From: Candidatus Bathyarchaeia archaeon
GTDB taxonomy: Archaea > Thermoproteota > Bathyarchaeia > 40CM-2-53-6
DNA length: 64,000 nt
Direction of reading: 5' to 3'
Assembly: GCA_050013255.1 (NCBI GenBank)
Contig: JBEKFP010000002.1
Span: forward strand, 544,001 to 608,000
This document shows, one piece after another, positions 29,938 through 39,843 of this stretch. Every line of letters starts with the position of its first letter. Position 1 is the first letter of the stretch. Both the position numbers and the translations under genes were made by a program. The notes beneath the pieces are model-generated. The model was not told the DNA's origin. It worked only from the letters and a program-made list of their open reading frames with translations, and did not search any database.

Positions 29938-30702
29938 TCAGTGTATGGCTCGAATTATGGTTCGCAATCTTGCTAGAGAAGCTTTTTCGGCTATCGTACC
30001 AGTGACGATCAGGCGCGCTCCCGCGTCGACTAATTCCTTAGCTTGAGACGAAGTTTTGATGCCGCCGCCGGCGATTATGTTCACATGGCATGTCCGGTCG
30101 ACCGCCCGGACCATTTCAGGTGAAACGGCTTTTCTCGCCCCGGATCCCGCTTCCAAGTAGACAAAGCGCATCCCGAGGTATTCGGCTGCAAGTGCGTAAA
30201 TTGCTGCGAGCTCCGGCTTATCGTAAGGAATCGGGTTGGCGTTTCCGACAAACCCGGCGGCACCACCGTGTTCACCAACGATAAGGTACGCGAGGGGTAT
30301 AGGTTCCAGGCCGTAGCGCTTCACTAAAGGCGCGCCAAGCGCTTGCGCGCCCGATAGGTAATATGGGTTAATAGAGTTCAGCAAGGACATGAAGAAAACA
30401 GCGTCAGCGTTCTGACTCAGGCCCGCAACATCGTTTGGAAACAAAATCACGTACAGCCCTGCAGACTTAATCGCCTTTACAATCGCGTCAAGCTCATAGA
30501 CCGATGTAGCAGTTGAACCGCCAACCATTGCGGCAGCAGTACCAGCCTTCTTGGCCTCCAGAGCCAGGTTCCTTGCGGCCAATGGTGTGAGTTTTTCCGG
30601 GTCAAACAAGGTAAGGTGGGCGGCGCCGTCCTTCCTGATCACGTTTTGCAAGTGATTTTCTACATTACCAATCCTGATTTCGCCCAAAGGATGAGGTCCC
30701 AA
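29938..30702 (-). CDS. Geranylgeranylglyceryl phosphate synthase
   Basis: HLTLFDP, MVGGS, YLEAGSG, GGGI, VTGT. Confidence 0.93.
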   Translation of the reverse strand: MGPHPLGEIRIGNVENHLQNVIRKDGAAHLTLFDPEKLTPLAARNLALEAKKAGTAAAMVGGSTATSVYELDAIVKAIKSAGLYVILFPNDVAGLSQNADAVFFMSLLNSINPYYLSGAQALGAPLVKRYGLEPIPLAYLIVGEHGGAAGFVGNANPIPYDKPELAAIYALAAEYLGMRFVYLEAGSGARKAVSPEMVRAVDRTCHVNIIAGGGIKTSSQAKELVDAGARLIVTGTIAEKASLARLRTIIRAIH

Positions 30703-30878
30703 CCGACTTGTAGTAACGAAGGTTGTGAATTGAGCTGAGAAACTGGCGAGATACTATTAAAAGCGTCGGGTTTGGCTTTGGTGGCCTATAGCTCACATAC
30801 GCTTCCATCTGAACGCCGTGTCGATGTGGGCAAGTGATATAACCGCTGGAATGAAAGACTCGTTCAGGGTATGTACCC

Positions 30879-31175
30879 TTGTCCCACCGTAGAGGTTTCC
30901 TGAAGAGAGGATTGGGTGTCCTGCTGGGAAGTGCGCTTGGCTTCTTGATTGTGCCCAACCTCAAACCGAGTGCAACGGTTGATGTGTCCGCTATTGGCAA
31001 CAAGCAACTGCGGCTGCTCCTAGCCTCGAAGGCCCTTCTGGAGAAAGCTGGAATGCTCCGGGCCTCATCCATTTTCCACTACACGCCCGACACAGGGGAA
31101 ATAGAGATAGACTGGAGTGTTGTGATCCCACCGGAAAACCGCATACCCTCACAGATTGATTCTCTCGCACAGTAG
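30879..31175 (+). CDS. Small protein with twin-arginine signal
   Basis: SHRRGFLK followed by a hydrophobic stretch. Confidence 0.6.
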   Translation: MSHRRGFLKRGLGVLLGSALGFLIVPNLKPSATVDVSAIGNKQLRLLLASKALLEKAGMLRASSIFHYTPDTGEIEIDWSVVIPPENRIPSQIDSLAQ

Positions 31176-31250
31176 GTCTTGGCGCTCGTTAACAGCTAGA
31201 GAGAAGTATTTCTCAACCTCGTCCCCTAAGTAACTTAGGCCTAAGGTTCG

Positions 31251-31649
31251 TTACGCTGCACACCCAAGCCTCGACGGATTCTGATCGAGTTTACGCTTAA
31301 CTTTCTCGAGCGCCACTATTGTTCTCTCAATAATTCCAGTCAGCGCTACTCTCGTCCGGAATTCCGCCTTATCTAAGAGCGCTTTGGCATCATGTTCGAA
31401 TTTGTTTGGTAGTGGTTCGATTCGCCTTATGATTGGTTTGGCGCGGGGACCATTTAGAGCCTCCCTAACATTGGTCCAGGTGGGCCTCAACCTGACGTTT
31501 GCCTTCGCCCTTGTCTCTTCAGTTATCGCAAGCGCATTCCGTTTTAGACGTTCGACGCATTCCTCAACCTTCACGGCTCTGGAAACCAAGACACCCAATC
31601 TAAACTCCTTAGGTTTCTTTTGACCCAAAGGTGATAAAACTAGTTCCAC
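31251..31649 (-). CDS. Hypothetical basic helical protein
   Basis: 132-aa ORF with no recognised motif. Confidence 0.45.
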   Translation of the reverse strand: MELVLSPLGQKKPKEFRLGVLVSRAVKVEECVERLKRNALAITEETRAKANVRLRPTWTNVREALNGPRAKPIIRRIEPLPNKFEHDAKALLDKAEFRTRVALTGIIERTIVALEKVKRKLDQNPSRLGCAA

Positions 31650-31779
31650 TGGGTAGAATTATCGACCGCGTGTAACGATTGCCACACGCTCCACCAAGCG
31701 TTAAGTGCCATTTAGCGCGAGCTATTGGTACTAAGGCAAAATCTGGCTTGGAAGGTGATTTGAAACGCTGAATCAAATT

Positions 31780-31950
31780 GTGCAAACAGCGACTGTCCCC
31801 GCAGAAGTGCAGCATGTTCCGCGGAACGTATGTCAGCACAGCCAAGTGCGTGAAATAGGCCAGGATTTTGACGAACAGGGAAAGTTGCTAAGGCTCATAA
31901 GATGCCAGCGCTGCGGCCTTCTAATGCGTGAGTATCTGCCGTCACTGTAA
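31780..31950 (+). CDS. Small Zn-finger protein (not in ORF track)
   Basis: 56 aa: ...VCQHSQVREIGQDFDEQGKLLRLIRCQRCGLLMREYL. Confidence 0.6.
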   Translation: MQTATVPAEVQHVPRNVCQHSQVREIGQDFDEQGKLLRLIRCQRCGLLMREYLPSL

Positions 31951-32090
31951 CAGCTTAGTCACTGCAGACGCAACTTCACACGCATCTCGAGTCTTCATTT
32001 CAGAAGGCTCTGAGATTTCGGGTGGCCTGAAATACTATTAAGGCTGGTTGCGTTTGAAGGTTGAACTTCAAGGCCTAAGAGCTGGGTTTA

Positions 32091-32966
32091 TTGCAGTCGT
32101 ATGTTTCCTCTGGCCGTAAAATTGTCGGCCTAGTTTCTATGATGCGGCTGCCTAACTGTGTGATGATTGGTTTCGCAGTTATTGTCGGCGAGTTGATAGC
32201 TTCAGCGACCGTCCCAGTGAGGTCAGCATTCTATGGCTACATGGCATTCTACGGCTTCATGGCGGGTTTTCTTCTCTTAGCAGCTTCAATGGTTTTGAAC
32301 GACTACTTTGACCGGGAGATAGATGCAATCAACGAACCGAAGCGGCCAATACCGGCAGGAGTAATCAAGCCCACGGAAGCATTCTCATTCTCAATAATCC
32401 TTGGCGCAATCGGCTTTTGGTTCGCCAACAATTCAGGGATTGCGACACTCATAATTGCTATCGTAAGCGTAATCATCATGGTCTTGTACAATTCGAGTAT
32501 CAAGAGGACCGGGCTCTTGGGGAACGCTCTTGTCAGCACAAATGTAGCGATTCCTTTCGTTTACGGGGGTTTCGTCGTGGCAAGCCCCAGTTGGTCACTT
32601 GTAATATTCTCTATCCTCGCTTTCCTCTCCAGCATGGGACGGGAAATTGTCAAAGGAATAGTTGACGTCTCCGGCGACACTGCTAAGGGAGTTAGGTCAG
32701 TGGCTGCGACAAAGGGAACTGCCCAGGCAGCGAAGGATGGCGCAGCCTTATTCATCGCTGCAGTTGCCCTAAGCGCGCTACCCCTGCTCCTGACACTCGT
32801 TTCGTACTATTACATCCCTTTGGTTGCTATATGTGACATTGGCTTTCTGCTAACCGCTTATTCCCTGCTCACAAACTCTAGCCCCAAGAATGCGAAGAGG
32901 AACAAGAACTACGTGCTCGTCTGGATGACCTTCGGCATGCTAGCTTTCCTAATCGGTGTGATATGA
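32091..32966 (+). CDS. Digeranylgeranylglyceryl phosphate synthase (UbiA family)
   Basis: RLPNC, NDYFDREIDAINEPKRPIPAG, REIVKGIVD..GD. Confidence 0.9.
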   Translation: MQSYVSSGRKIVGLVSMMRLPNCVMIGFAVIVGELIASATVPVRSAFYGYMAFYGFMAGFLLLAASMVLNDYFDREIDAINEPKRPIPAGVIKPTEAFSFSIILGAIGFWFANNSGIATLIIAIVSVIIMVLYNSSIKRTGLLGNALVSTNVAIPFVYGGFVVASPSWSLVIFSILAFLSSMGREIVKGIVDVSGDTAKGVRSVAATKGTAQAAKDGAALFIAAVALSALPLLLTLVSYYYIPLVAICDIGFLLTAYSLLTNSSPKNAKRNKNYVLVWMTFGMLAFLIGVI

Positions 32967-33055
32967 CGCAATCCACGGGTATTTGTGCGGGATAGCCTGA
33001 CTCAGAAAATATTTATAATATCAAAGTCGTATCCGTCTATTCAGAAGGCTTTGTT

Positions 33056-33406
33056 TTGAGAGTCAATGGGAGCAGAATGCGCGGCATTGATTCGCGCGGC
33101 AAACGAAAGCTTTCCAAGGAATCTCTGACGGCCTTTCCGAGGGAAATCGTTGGAACATTCGCTCACCTTCCCAAAGTTTTCAAGAAAGTTGATATCGACC
33201 GACTTCTGGGCGACAAGATTTCACGAAGTATGAAATGGCGATACATCAGAAGAATGGAACGGCTTGGAATCGTCAAGCACGCAACAAAGAAGTATTACAG
33301 AAAAGTGTACGATACGATCTCCGAGTGGATGGAGAAGGACGCAATACCAAAGATACGACGAATGGAAGCGCTCGTTGAAATAGAAACGCCAACAACTAGT
33401 GCTTAG
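33056..33406 (+). CDS. Hypothetical basic, wHTH-like protein
   Basis: SRSMKWRYIRRMERLGIV; upstream TTTATAAT. Confidence 0.55.
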   Translation: MRVNGSRMRGIDSRGKRKLSKESLTAFPREIVGTFAHLPKVFKKVDIDRLLGDKISRSMKWRYIRRMERLGIVKHATKKYYRKVYDTISEWMEKDAIPKIRRMEALVEIETPTTSA

Positions 33407-34670
33407 AATATTTCTCCAGCAATTCCTTAGCCCGATCAACCCGAATCTTTCTTTCCGCAACCATTTGTTCGCTGACCTTATCGATAAGGCCCCCCGTCGC
33501 CCCTGCGTTAATTGCGATGTTGCGGGCATGCAAATTCATGTGGCCACGTTGAATGCCCTCAGCCGCTAGGGCCCTAAGCGCCGCTAGGTTCTGGGCTAGT
33601 CCGACTGAGACGATAACTTCAGCCAACTCTTTCGCTGTTCTAACGCCGAGAATCTTGACCCCTAGTTTTGCGACAGGGTTAGAGGCAGTTGCCCCTCCGA
33701 CTATCCCAACGGCCATGGGCATTTCGATGGTCCCAACCAAGTCGCCGTTGGCGTCCTTCTCCCAAGTCGACAGTGAAGTGTAGTGGCCCAAACGAGCGGC
33801 GTACGCGTGGGCGCCAGCTTCAATAGCTCTCGTGTCGTTGCCCGTGGCGAGTACGACGGCGGACACACCATTCATTATTCCCTTGTTATGGGTCGCGCAT
33901 CGGTACGGATCTGCAACAGCGAACGCGTACGCCTTTACGATCCCGTCAACAACATCCTCTCCGCCCAACGCCTCTTTGGTGAAGGTTGCTTTGGCACGGG
34001 CAAGGCGTTTCACGGCCAAATTGGAAATTATTCGCAAGTAAACTCGCCCACCTGAAATCTGCTCGACCATGGGAGCGACTGCTTCAACCATGGTGTTTAC
34101 AGCATTCGCACCCATCGCGTCTCGACAGTCAACGAGTAGCTCAGCGATTACCATCTTCCCTAGGAAGGTGTCGATAATGCGTACTTCTAAATCGCGGGCT
34201 CCGCCACCTAGGGATACGAGGACCGGGTCCTGTTCATTGGCGTGCTTCAAAATCTCCGCTTTGTGCGCGAGTATTTCAAACCGAGCCCTATGCACATCCT
34301 GAACGCCCACAATTTGTATCTGCCCTATCATAACAGGGTCCGTCGAGGTTGCATTGAAACCACCCTTCAGCCTGCTCATTTTGGCAGCATTGCTCGCGGC
34401 CGCGATAACTGATGGCTCTTCAATAGCCATCGGTACGACCATGTCCTTGCCGTTGATTAGAAAATTCATGGCCACTCCCAGTGGGACTGGCATAACGCCC
34501 ACTAGGTTTTCGACCATGCGGTTTGCAACGTCAAAACTGAGCGCACCAGGCTTCTGGAGCAGTGAGGCTTCCTCTTCGGTCAAGCCAGCGAACTCCTTCA
34601 GTAGTCGCACCCTATCCGCAACTGGCAGCTTGTAAAAGCCGGAAAGGTCAGAACGCCTAGACATATGCAA
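33396..34670 (-). CDS. mvaA: HMG-CoA reductase, class II
   Basis: ENLVG, EEPSVIAA, DAMGAN, THNKG, GIQRGHM. Confidence 0.93.
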   Translation of the reverse strand: MHMSRRSDLSGFYKLPVADRVRLLKEFAGLTEEEASLLQKPGALSFDVANRMVENLVGVMPVPLGVAMNFLINGKDMVVPMAIEEPSVIAAASNAAKMSRLKGGFNATSTDPVMIGQIQIVGVQDVHRARFEILAHKAEILKHANEQDPVLVSLGGGARDLEVRIIDTFLGKMVIAELLVDCRDAMGANAVNTMVEAVAPMVEQISGGRVYLRIISNLAVKRLARAKATFTKEALGGEDVVDGIVKAYAFAVADPYRCATHNKGIMNGVSAVVLATGNDTRAIEAGAHAYAARLGHYTSLSTWEKDANGDLVGTIEMPMAVGIVGGATASNPVAKLGVKILGVRTAKELAEVIVSVGLAQNLAALRALAAEGIQRGHMNLHARNIAINAGATGGLIDKVSEQMVAERKIRVDRAKELLEKYSKH

Positions 34671-34721
34671 TCCCTCTATCGAAGGCGAATTATCATCTTT
34701 GAAGTTTGGGTATTTGGCAGT

Positions 34722-35711
34722 TCAGTCCTTCAGAAGTGAGGTTTGAACCCCATGCGGAACGAAATCGCTTGGCACGACCTGGCCACCGGCTTGCCGTATA
34801 GCGTTGGAAATCCGTGGGTGTGTTGCTTCGGCCGCGACCGCTATCATGCATCCTCCACCACCGCCTCCAGTAAGTTTCGCGCCAAGTGCCCCAGCCGACT
34901 TCGCTGCTGAGATTAGGCGCTCAAGGTCAGGTGATGAAACGCCTACCAGCTCGAGTAATCGCTGATTCTCATTCATCAGTTCGCCCAGGGATTCATGCTG
35001 TCCATTAATCAATGCGTTCATCGCAACTTCAGATATCTTCTGTGCCTTTGAAGCAATTTTGCCGTACTCTTGCGGTTTGGTTTCCCTAAGCCGTGTGACT
35101 CTTCCAACAAACTCGCCGGTAGACCTGCGTTTTCCCGTGTTACCGATGATCAGCAACGGGGGCCTAGTTGTTTGAAGCGTAGAGTTCACTTTGCCTTTCC
35201 TGTAGCTAATGAATCCCCCGTATGTGACGGTGGCTTGATCCACTCCTGACGGATGCCCGTGGACCATCTTCTCTAGTGAGTACGCGGCGTCGAAAACCTC
35301 CTCCTTAGAAAGGGGAAATCCCAACAATGTTGTGATTGCTGAAACCGTTCCAACAGCTGTCGCTGCTGATGAGCCTAACCCCATGCCGATGGGTACACGT
35401 GACTTTACGGCAACCTTCATTCCTCGTCCAGAGCGCCCTATCTTCTTAAGAATGAAGCTTGCAACTTCGAATATTGGGCGTAGCGTGGCCTCCGCATTGG
35501 CGCCTGAACACTGACCCAGTTGTCCGGCTGGGGAGAAAGAAGCTTCGAGCCCTAGATCTTCCGACCTGATTTCAATTTGGTCGCCCTCCAATGGTTCGGC
35601 CGTGACAACGGTTGGCAGGTCAATTGTCATCGATATTGCCGTGTTCCCACCTACAACGAAGTGTTCGCCGAATAGGATTACCTTTGCAGGCGAAACTGCG
35701 ATAGCTTTCAA
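34722..35711 (-). CDS. mvk: Mevalonate kinase
   Basis: PAKVILFGEH, GLGSSAA, SGVD, KLTGGGGGG. Confidence 0.93.
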   Translation of the reverse strand: MKAIAVSPAKVILFGEHFVVGGNTAISMTIDLPTVVTAEPLEGDQIEIRSEDLGLEASFSPAGQLGQCSGANAEATLRPIFEVASFILKKIGRSGRGMKVAVKSRVPIGMGLGSSAATAVGTVSAITTLLGFPLSKEEVFDAAYSLEKMVHGHPSGVDQATVTYGGFISYRKGKVNSTLQTTRPPLLIIGNTGKRRSTGEFVGRVTRLRETKPQEYGKIASKAQKISEVAMNALINGQHESLGELMNENQRLLELVGVSSPDLERLISAAKSAGALGAKLTGGGGGGCMIAVAAEATHPRISNAIRQAGGQVVPSDFVPHGVQTSLLKD

Positions 35712-35734
35712 AGCTCACCCTCACCTGGTTAGGG

Positions 35735-36586
35735 TTACTCTCGCGTGAAGAGAATTGAAGCGTACCCAACTACTGCGCTTCTGTCGCCAGTTATGTCCCC
35801 ACTGGTCTTGTATGTTAGGAACTCCGCCTTAATTCCGCCCAGCATTTTGGCGGCCGCAATGAGCGTAGTAATTGGGCCGTAACCACACATGGTTACTCGG
35901 TTCGTTTCTCCGAGTTCATTTAACGTGGCGTCATCGAGGTTTGTGATGGCTTCGATTGCCGTTTTGTCCTTCCTGCTTGCGCTCTCTTGCGTTTCGTAAT
36001 GTGTCATGTCACTTGATGCGATTATGGCGAAATTCTTGCCCTTGCACGCCTCAACGATGCTCTTGGCTATGTCCCGGCTAGTCTGAAGGTCTTGCATCAT
36101 CATTGAGATCGGGATGAACTTCGGGACATCCTTGTAGAGGAATTGGATGAAAGGTAACTGAACCTCAATAGAATGTTCAGCAGAATGGGAGCTTTCGTCG
36201 ACATCTAAAATGCCGCCAGCTTTCTGGATTTGTTTCGCTAAGGCACTATCAATTGAAGTGAGGCCGATCGGAGTTTCCCAGGCGCCTTCGGTTAGGATTG
36301 AGACACCGCTCCCGTAGCCGTTGTGGTTCGGGCCGAGGATTACGAAAACTTCCGGCACTCCGTCTGCGGCAAGGTGGCTGAAACCATTCGCCGCTACTGG
36401 TCCCGAGTACATGTACCCTGCATGCGGCGACACCAATCCAAGTATTCTCCTAGGGCCGTGCTCGACGACCTTCGGAACTTGTCCCGGCCCAAAAGGGTGG
36501 GTGAAGCAGCTCGTTATCTGATCCGTTAGTTCATTTTTCGTCCCGGCGTAGAAGGCGTTCGCCACATAGGGCTTCCGAATTTTCAA
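35735..36586 (-). CDS. MEMO1 family protein
   Basis: PHAGYMYSG, GPNH, EHSIEVQLP, SSDMTHY, TMCG. Confidence 0.93.
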   Translation of the reverse strand: MKIRKPYVANAFYAGTKNELTDQITSCFTHPFGPGQVPKVVEHGPRRILGLVSPHAGYMYSGPVAANGFSHLAADGVPEVFVILGPNHNGYGSGVSILTEGAWETPIGLTSIDSALAKQIQKAGGILDVDESSHSAEHSIEVQLPFIQFLYKDVPKFIPISMMMQDLQTSRDIAKSIVEACKGKNFAIIASSDMTHYETQESASRKDKTAIEAITNLDDATLNELGETNRVTMCGYGPITTLIAAAKMLGGIKAEFLTYKTSGDITGDRSAVVGYASILFTRE

Positions 36587-37248
36587 AGCTCACCGCCCAC
36601 TCTCGGGGCGATAGCTGCCAACTTTGTCTCGAAATCATCCACCGTAACAGTGATTGCACCATCTTGGGCTAGTTCTCCTCTCTCGCGCAGTACCTGGCGT
36701 GCCAATAGATAGTAGATCATTGCCAACGCACGTCGCCCCTTGTTGTTTACAGGGATTGCAAGGTCGACTCCGCTGAAAACGTTGTCTGTGTCGCAAAGAG
36801 CTATGACGGGAACACCGGCGCTGGACGCTTCCTTGATAGCCTGCCAATCCGCTCTCGGGTCGGTTACCATCACAACCTGTGGGTCTGCATGGTATGGTTG
36901 TAGCGGGTTTGAGATAAGGCCTGGCATGAAACGGCCAATGATTGGAACGGTCTTCGTTATTCCACAGAACTTCTCAACGGGAGTTTTCCCATAGAGTCTA
37001 GAGGAAACGATCAGTACGCGGCCCTCCTCAAAGCGTGCGATAAATCGAGCCGCTAAACGAATCTTCTCATCAGTCTTCCCTATGTTTAGTATGAATAGGC
37101 CATCGGGCCTGACACGGTAAATGTAAGCTTCCATGTCTCCGGTCTTAATCCTCGTGCCTATGTGTAGCCCCGCGGCAAGTAGCTCTTCGAGCGGGAGGAG
37201 TAGATCCTCCGACTTCGGCATTCCCTCTTTTTCTTCAACCTCAGACAT
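36583..37248 (-). CDS. rps2: Ribosomal protein uS2
   Basis: AGLHIGT, GRFMPG, DTDN, NNKG. Confidence 0.96.
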   Translation of the reverse strand: MSEVEEKEGMPKSEDLLLPLEELLAAGLHIGTRIKTGDMEAYIYRVRPDGLFILNIGKTDEKIRLAARFIARFEEGRVLIVSSRLYGKTPVEKFCGITKTVPIIGRFMPGLISNPLQPYHADPQVVMVTDPRADWQAIKEASSAGVPVIALCDTDNVFSGVDLAIPVNNKGRRALAMIYYLLARQVLRERGELAQDGAITVTVDDFETKLAAIAPRVGGEL

Positions 37249-37265
37249 GTAGGCACTCTCTATGC

Positions 37266-37490
37266 TTATTCGAATTGGGCACGTCTCTTAGCGGTAACCT
37301 GCGAGTAACGCAATAGATCGTCCAGAACGTCTACTTGTGATATGAACATGCGGCGGCAGCAATACCTTGTCATACCCATTTCGTCCAAAACCGTCTTTGG
37401 CTTCTCTCCGGCCTTGACACGCCGTGAGAACTCTTCCCAGCGGTCTGCGACGAGTTTTCCGCATGTGAAGCATCTTACTGGTATGATCAA
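37266..37490 (-). CDS. rpoN: RNA polymerase subunit N (Rpo10)
   Basis: IPVRCFTCGK...RYCCRRM. Confidence 0.96.
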   Translation of the reverse strand: MIIPVRCFTCGKLVADRWEEFSRRVKAGEKPKTVLDEMGMTRYCCRRMFISQVDVLDDLLRYSQVTAKRRAQFE

Positions 37491-37498
37491 CTTTCATT

Positions 37499-37963
37499 CT
37501 ACCTGTATGATTTCTGCTCCCGGCGTCTGGCCCCTGGCCCACCGAACTTTTTAGGTTCCTTTCTTCGCGGGTCGCCCGCGAGCATTGTTCGATCGTAGTT
37601 AGTCATGGTCTTCCTGAGTTCGGAGCTACGCGACCATTGGACCAAACCCTTTGCCACAGCCATACGGGCTGCTTCAGCTTGACCCATGAATCCTCCGCCG
37701 CTAACCTTCACATTGATGTCCACTCCCTTCCCCCTCTCCCCCGACAGCACCAAGGGTTCGGTTATTTTCATCTTAGCAATCTCAGGAGTGAACATTGAAA
37801 GTGGGATACCGTTTACAATTACATTTCCAGAACCGGTCTTGATTACGGCTCTTGCGATAGCGGTTTTCCTTTTTCCCGTGACGAGTATGAGCCTCTTCTT
37901 CTCGGCTTTCTCGGGTTTCTCAGCCTTCTCTGGTTTCTCCAACGTTTCTAGTGTCTCACTCAT
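37499..37963 (-). CDS. rps9: Ribosomal protein uS9
   Basis: GKRKTAIAR, EPKKFGGPGAR..QKSYR. Confidence 0.96.
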   Translation of the reverse strand: MSETLETLEKPEKAEKPEKAEKKRLILVTGKRKTAIARAVIKTGSGNVIVNGIPLSMFTPEIAKMKITEPLVLSGERGKGVDINVKVSGGGFMGQAEAARMAVAKGLVQWSRSSELRKTMTNYDRTMLAGDPRRKEPKKFGGPGARRREQKSYR

Positions 37964-37968
37964 TCAGA

Positions 37969-38409
37969 TTAACCTCCAATCTCCGTCGCGAGGTCCGCCA
38001 GGGTTATGTAAGGTGTACCGAGCTTTGAAGCATCTGCGCCGGCCACTTTCACAGCGGTCTTGCTTGAATACTCTTCCGGAACGCCCATGAACACGATGAC
38101 CCTGTGGAACGCGGCCCTTCCTTTAGCCTTCTTCCAAGGAAGCATACCACGGACTACCCGCCTAAAGTATAGGTCTGGCCGCCGTTGGTGTACTGGGGCA
38201 GTTGTCTGGTTTGCAAGTGTTCGCGTTCTGAGTCGCCGCTTTGCTTCTTCCACAATGTTCTTTCTCCTCCCAGAGATTACGGCCTTTTCAGCGTTGAGGA
38301 CGATGACGTCGTTGCCGCTTAAGGCGTGTTTAGCCGCGTAGCTGGCCAATCGCCCAAGGATCTGATTATTCGCATCTAGAAGCACAGGTTCTTTCGACAT
38401 GGCACTCAT
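37969..38409 (-). CDS. rpl13: Ribosomal protein uL13
   Basis: DANNQILGRLAS, VRGMLP; ATGA overlap with L18e. Confidence 0.94.
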   Translation of the reverse strand: MSAMSKEPVLLDANNQILGRLASYAAKHALSGNDVIVLNAEKAVISGRRKNIVEEAKRRLRTRTLANQTTAPVHQRRPDLYFRRVVRGMLPWKKAKGRAAFHRVIVFMGVPEEYSSKTAVKVAGADASKLGTPYITLADLATEIGG

Positions 38410-38765
38410 CTCAGAATTAGAACGTTTGATCCCTTTGGGTTCTTGCTGACGAAATCTTTGATTGCAACGCATTTTCCTCCAGCTAGCTCAATTTTCGCTT
38501 TTGCTGCTTGGGAGAACTGGAAGGCTCCAACAGTCACGGGGTGTTTAATGTAACCGGCTGACAGGACTTTGCCTGGGACAAGTACGAGTGCGTTACGTTT
38601 CGATGCCCGGGATATATGGTTCAGGTCTAGGACCGCCCTGTTTCGTCTAGGGCCAGAGAGGCATTCCGCTGTTACCGCCCAGATCTTGGCTTTGTTTTCC
38701 CTTGCCTGAACTTTAAGGAATCTGATTGTGTCGAGTAGTTCGGTGTTTGTGATTGCAGGGCGCAT
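38406..38765 (-). CDS. rpl18e: Ribosomal protein eL18
   Basis: VPGKVL, FSQAAKAKI, NPKGS. Confidence 0.94.
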   Translation of the reverse strand: MRPAITNTELLDTIRFLKVQARENKAKIWAVTAECLSGPRRNRAVLDLNHISRASKRNALVLVPGKVLSAGYIKHPVTVGAFQFSQAAKAKIELAGGKCVAIKDFVSKNPKGSNVLILR

Positions 38766-38777
38766 AGAGCAATTCTC

Positions 38778-39605
38778 CTATTCGAAGCCCTTCTTCGCTA
38801 AGTCGGCGAGCGTATTTGCCTTTTTATCGAGAATCTTTGCCGCTTCTTCTGTGATTCTTTTCGGCGGTATGGCTCCGGTTGACTCTACATAAAACATGAA
38901 TGATCTGTCATCGCCTTCGATCTTAACTGGAAAAGTCTTCTTGGAATCTACTGGGACAGCCTTCTCGACGCAGTCCATGCACAGCGTGCAAGCAAGTTCA
39001 TCGCGAACGACAATCTTGTTTTCGGGGTCATGGGCGTAGACATCGGTTGGGCAAACTTGGATAACTTCGTCGGCGTTGGCTAGGTTGTCGGCGTTTAGCG
39101 TCACCTTTGGTAGGTACTTGTAGGCACACGCTGAAACAGGTTGCCATTTGGCGTGCTCCAACCCCCTCCCTAACCTGGCATAAACTTCAAGTTTCAACCT
39201 CTGCATGGGGCCGAGTTTGACGATTGGGATACTGCCACTTACAGGTGCTGTATCACTTTCTCCTTTCAAAGCCGATGAGTATACCATAACTGGTTCGTCA
39301 ACTGCTTCTGCTTCAAGTGTGAAAGATGCCCTGCATTTACTGCAGCCCAACTCGCTCTTGCAGTCACATTCCTCGGGCAATACGTAAGCGTCCAAGTCCG
39401 TTTTAATCGGTATGAGCCCAAGCCTATGGGCTATCACTTCATCGTAGAGAACGGAGGTGTTCTCGATTACGATAACGTCTTCAATAGCCATCACCGGAAC
39501 TTCCGCCATCATGGCGCGGCGAAGGGCATTAGCGTAGGCGTGTCCTGTTCCTTTCAACAAGAAACGGAGTGTGTTATCCTTCTCTTCCAGAATCTTTACG
39601 TCCAA
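38778..39605 (-). CDS. rpoD: RNA polymerase subunit D (Rpo3) with Fe-S domain
   Basis: ANALRR, HRLGLIP, HAKWQP, CTLCMDC. Confidence 0.96.
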   Translation of the reverse strand: MDVKILEEKDNTLRFLLKGTGHAYANALRRAMMAEVPVMAIEDVIVIENTSVLYDEVIAHRLGLIPIKTDLDAYVLPEECDCKSELGCSKCRASFTLEAEAVDEPVMVYSSALKGESDTAPVSGSIPIVKLGPMQRLKLEVYARLGRGLEHAKWQPVSACAYKYLPKVTLNADNLANADEVIQVCPTDVYAHDPENKIVVRDELACTLCMDCVEKAVPVDSKKTFPVKIEGDDRSFMFYVESTGAIPPKRITEEAAKILDKKANTLADLAKKGFE

Positions 39606-39611
39606 AACCTA

Positions 39612-39687
39612 CGGACCCCTCAGGAGGAACGGTACGTGTCGTGGGCCAGATTCCGCAGCACGACATGAATCTTGTCGTTGGGGTCCG
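39612..39687 (-). promoter_or_regulatory. Structured 5' leader of rpoD
   Basis: CGGACCCC/GGGGTCCG outer stem enclosing two mutually exclusive inner hairpins. Confidence 0.45.
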
Positions 39688-39843
39688 AAGTCCACGATAT
39701 TTTCACTTCTTGTGAAAGACTTTCGGAGGTAGCCTCTGCGGGGCTTATAAACTATTACGACTTTTCGAACGTTGAAAATCGCAAATGTTCTCGAACAGTT
39801 AAAGTTCACGAGGAACATCAATTCGTGTTAGGACTGTAAATCG

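Noticed and set aside
39609-39660. AHDTYRSS*GVRR as a remnant of the uS11 C-terminus
   Set aside because: Match is too short and out of register; compatible with chance
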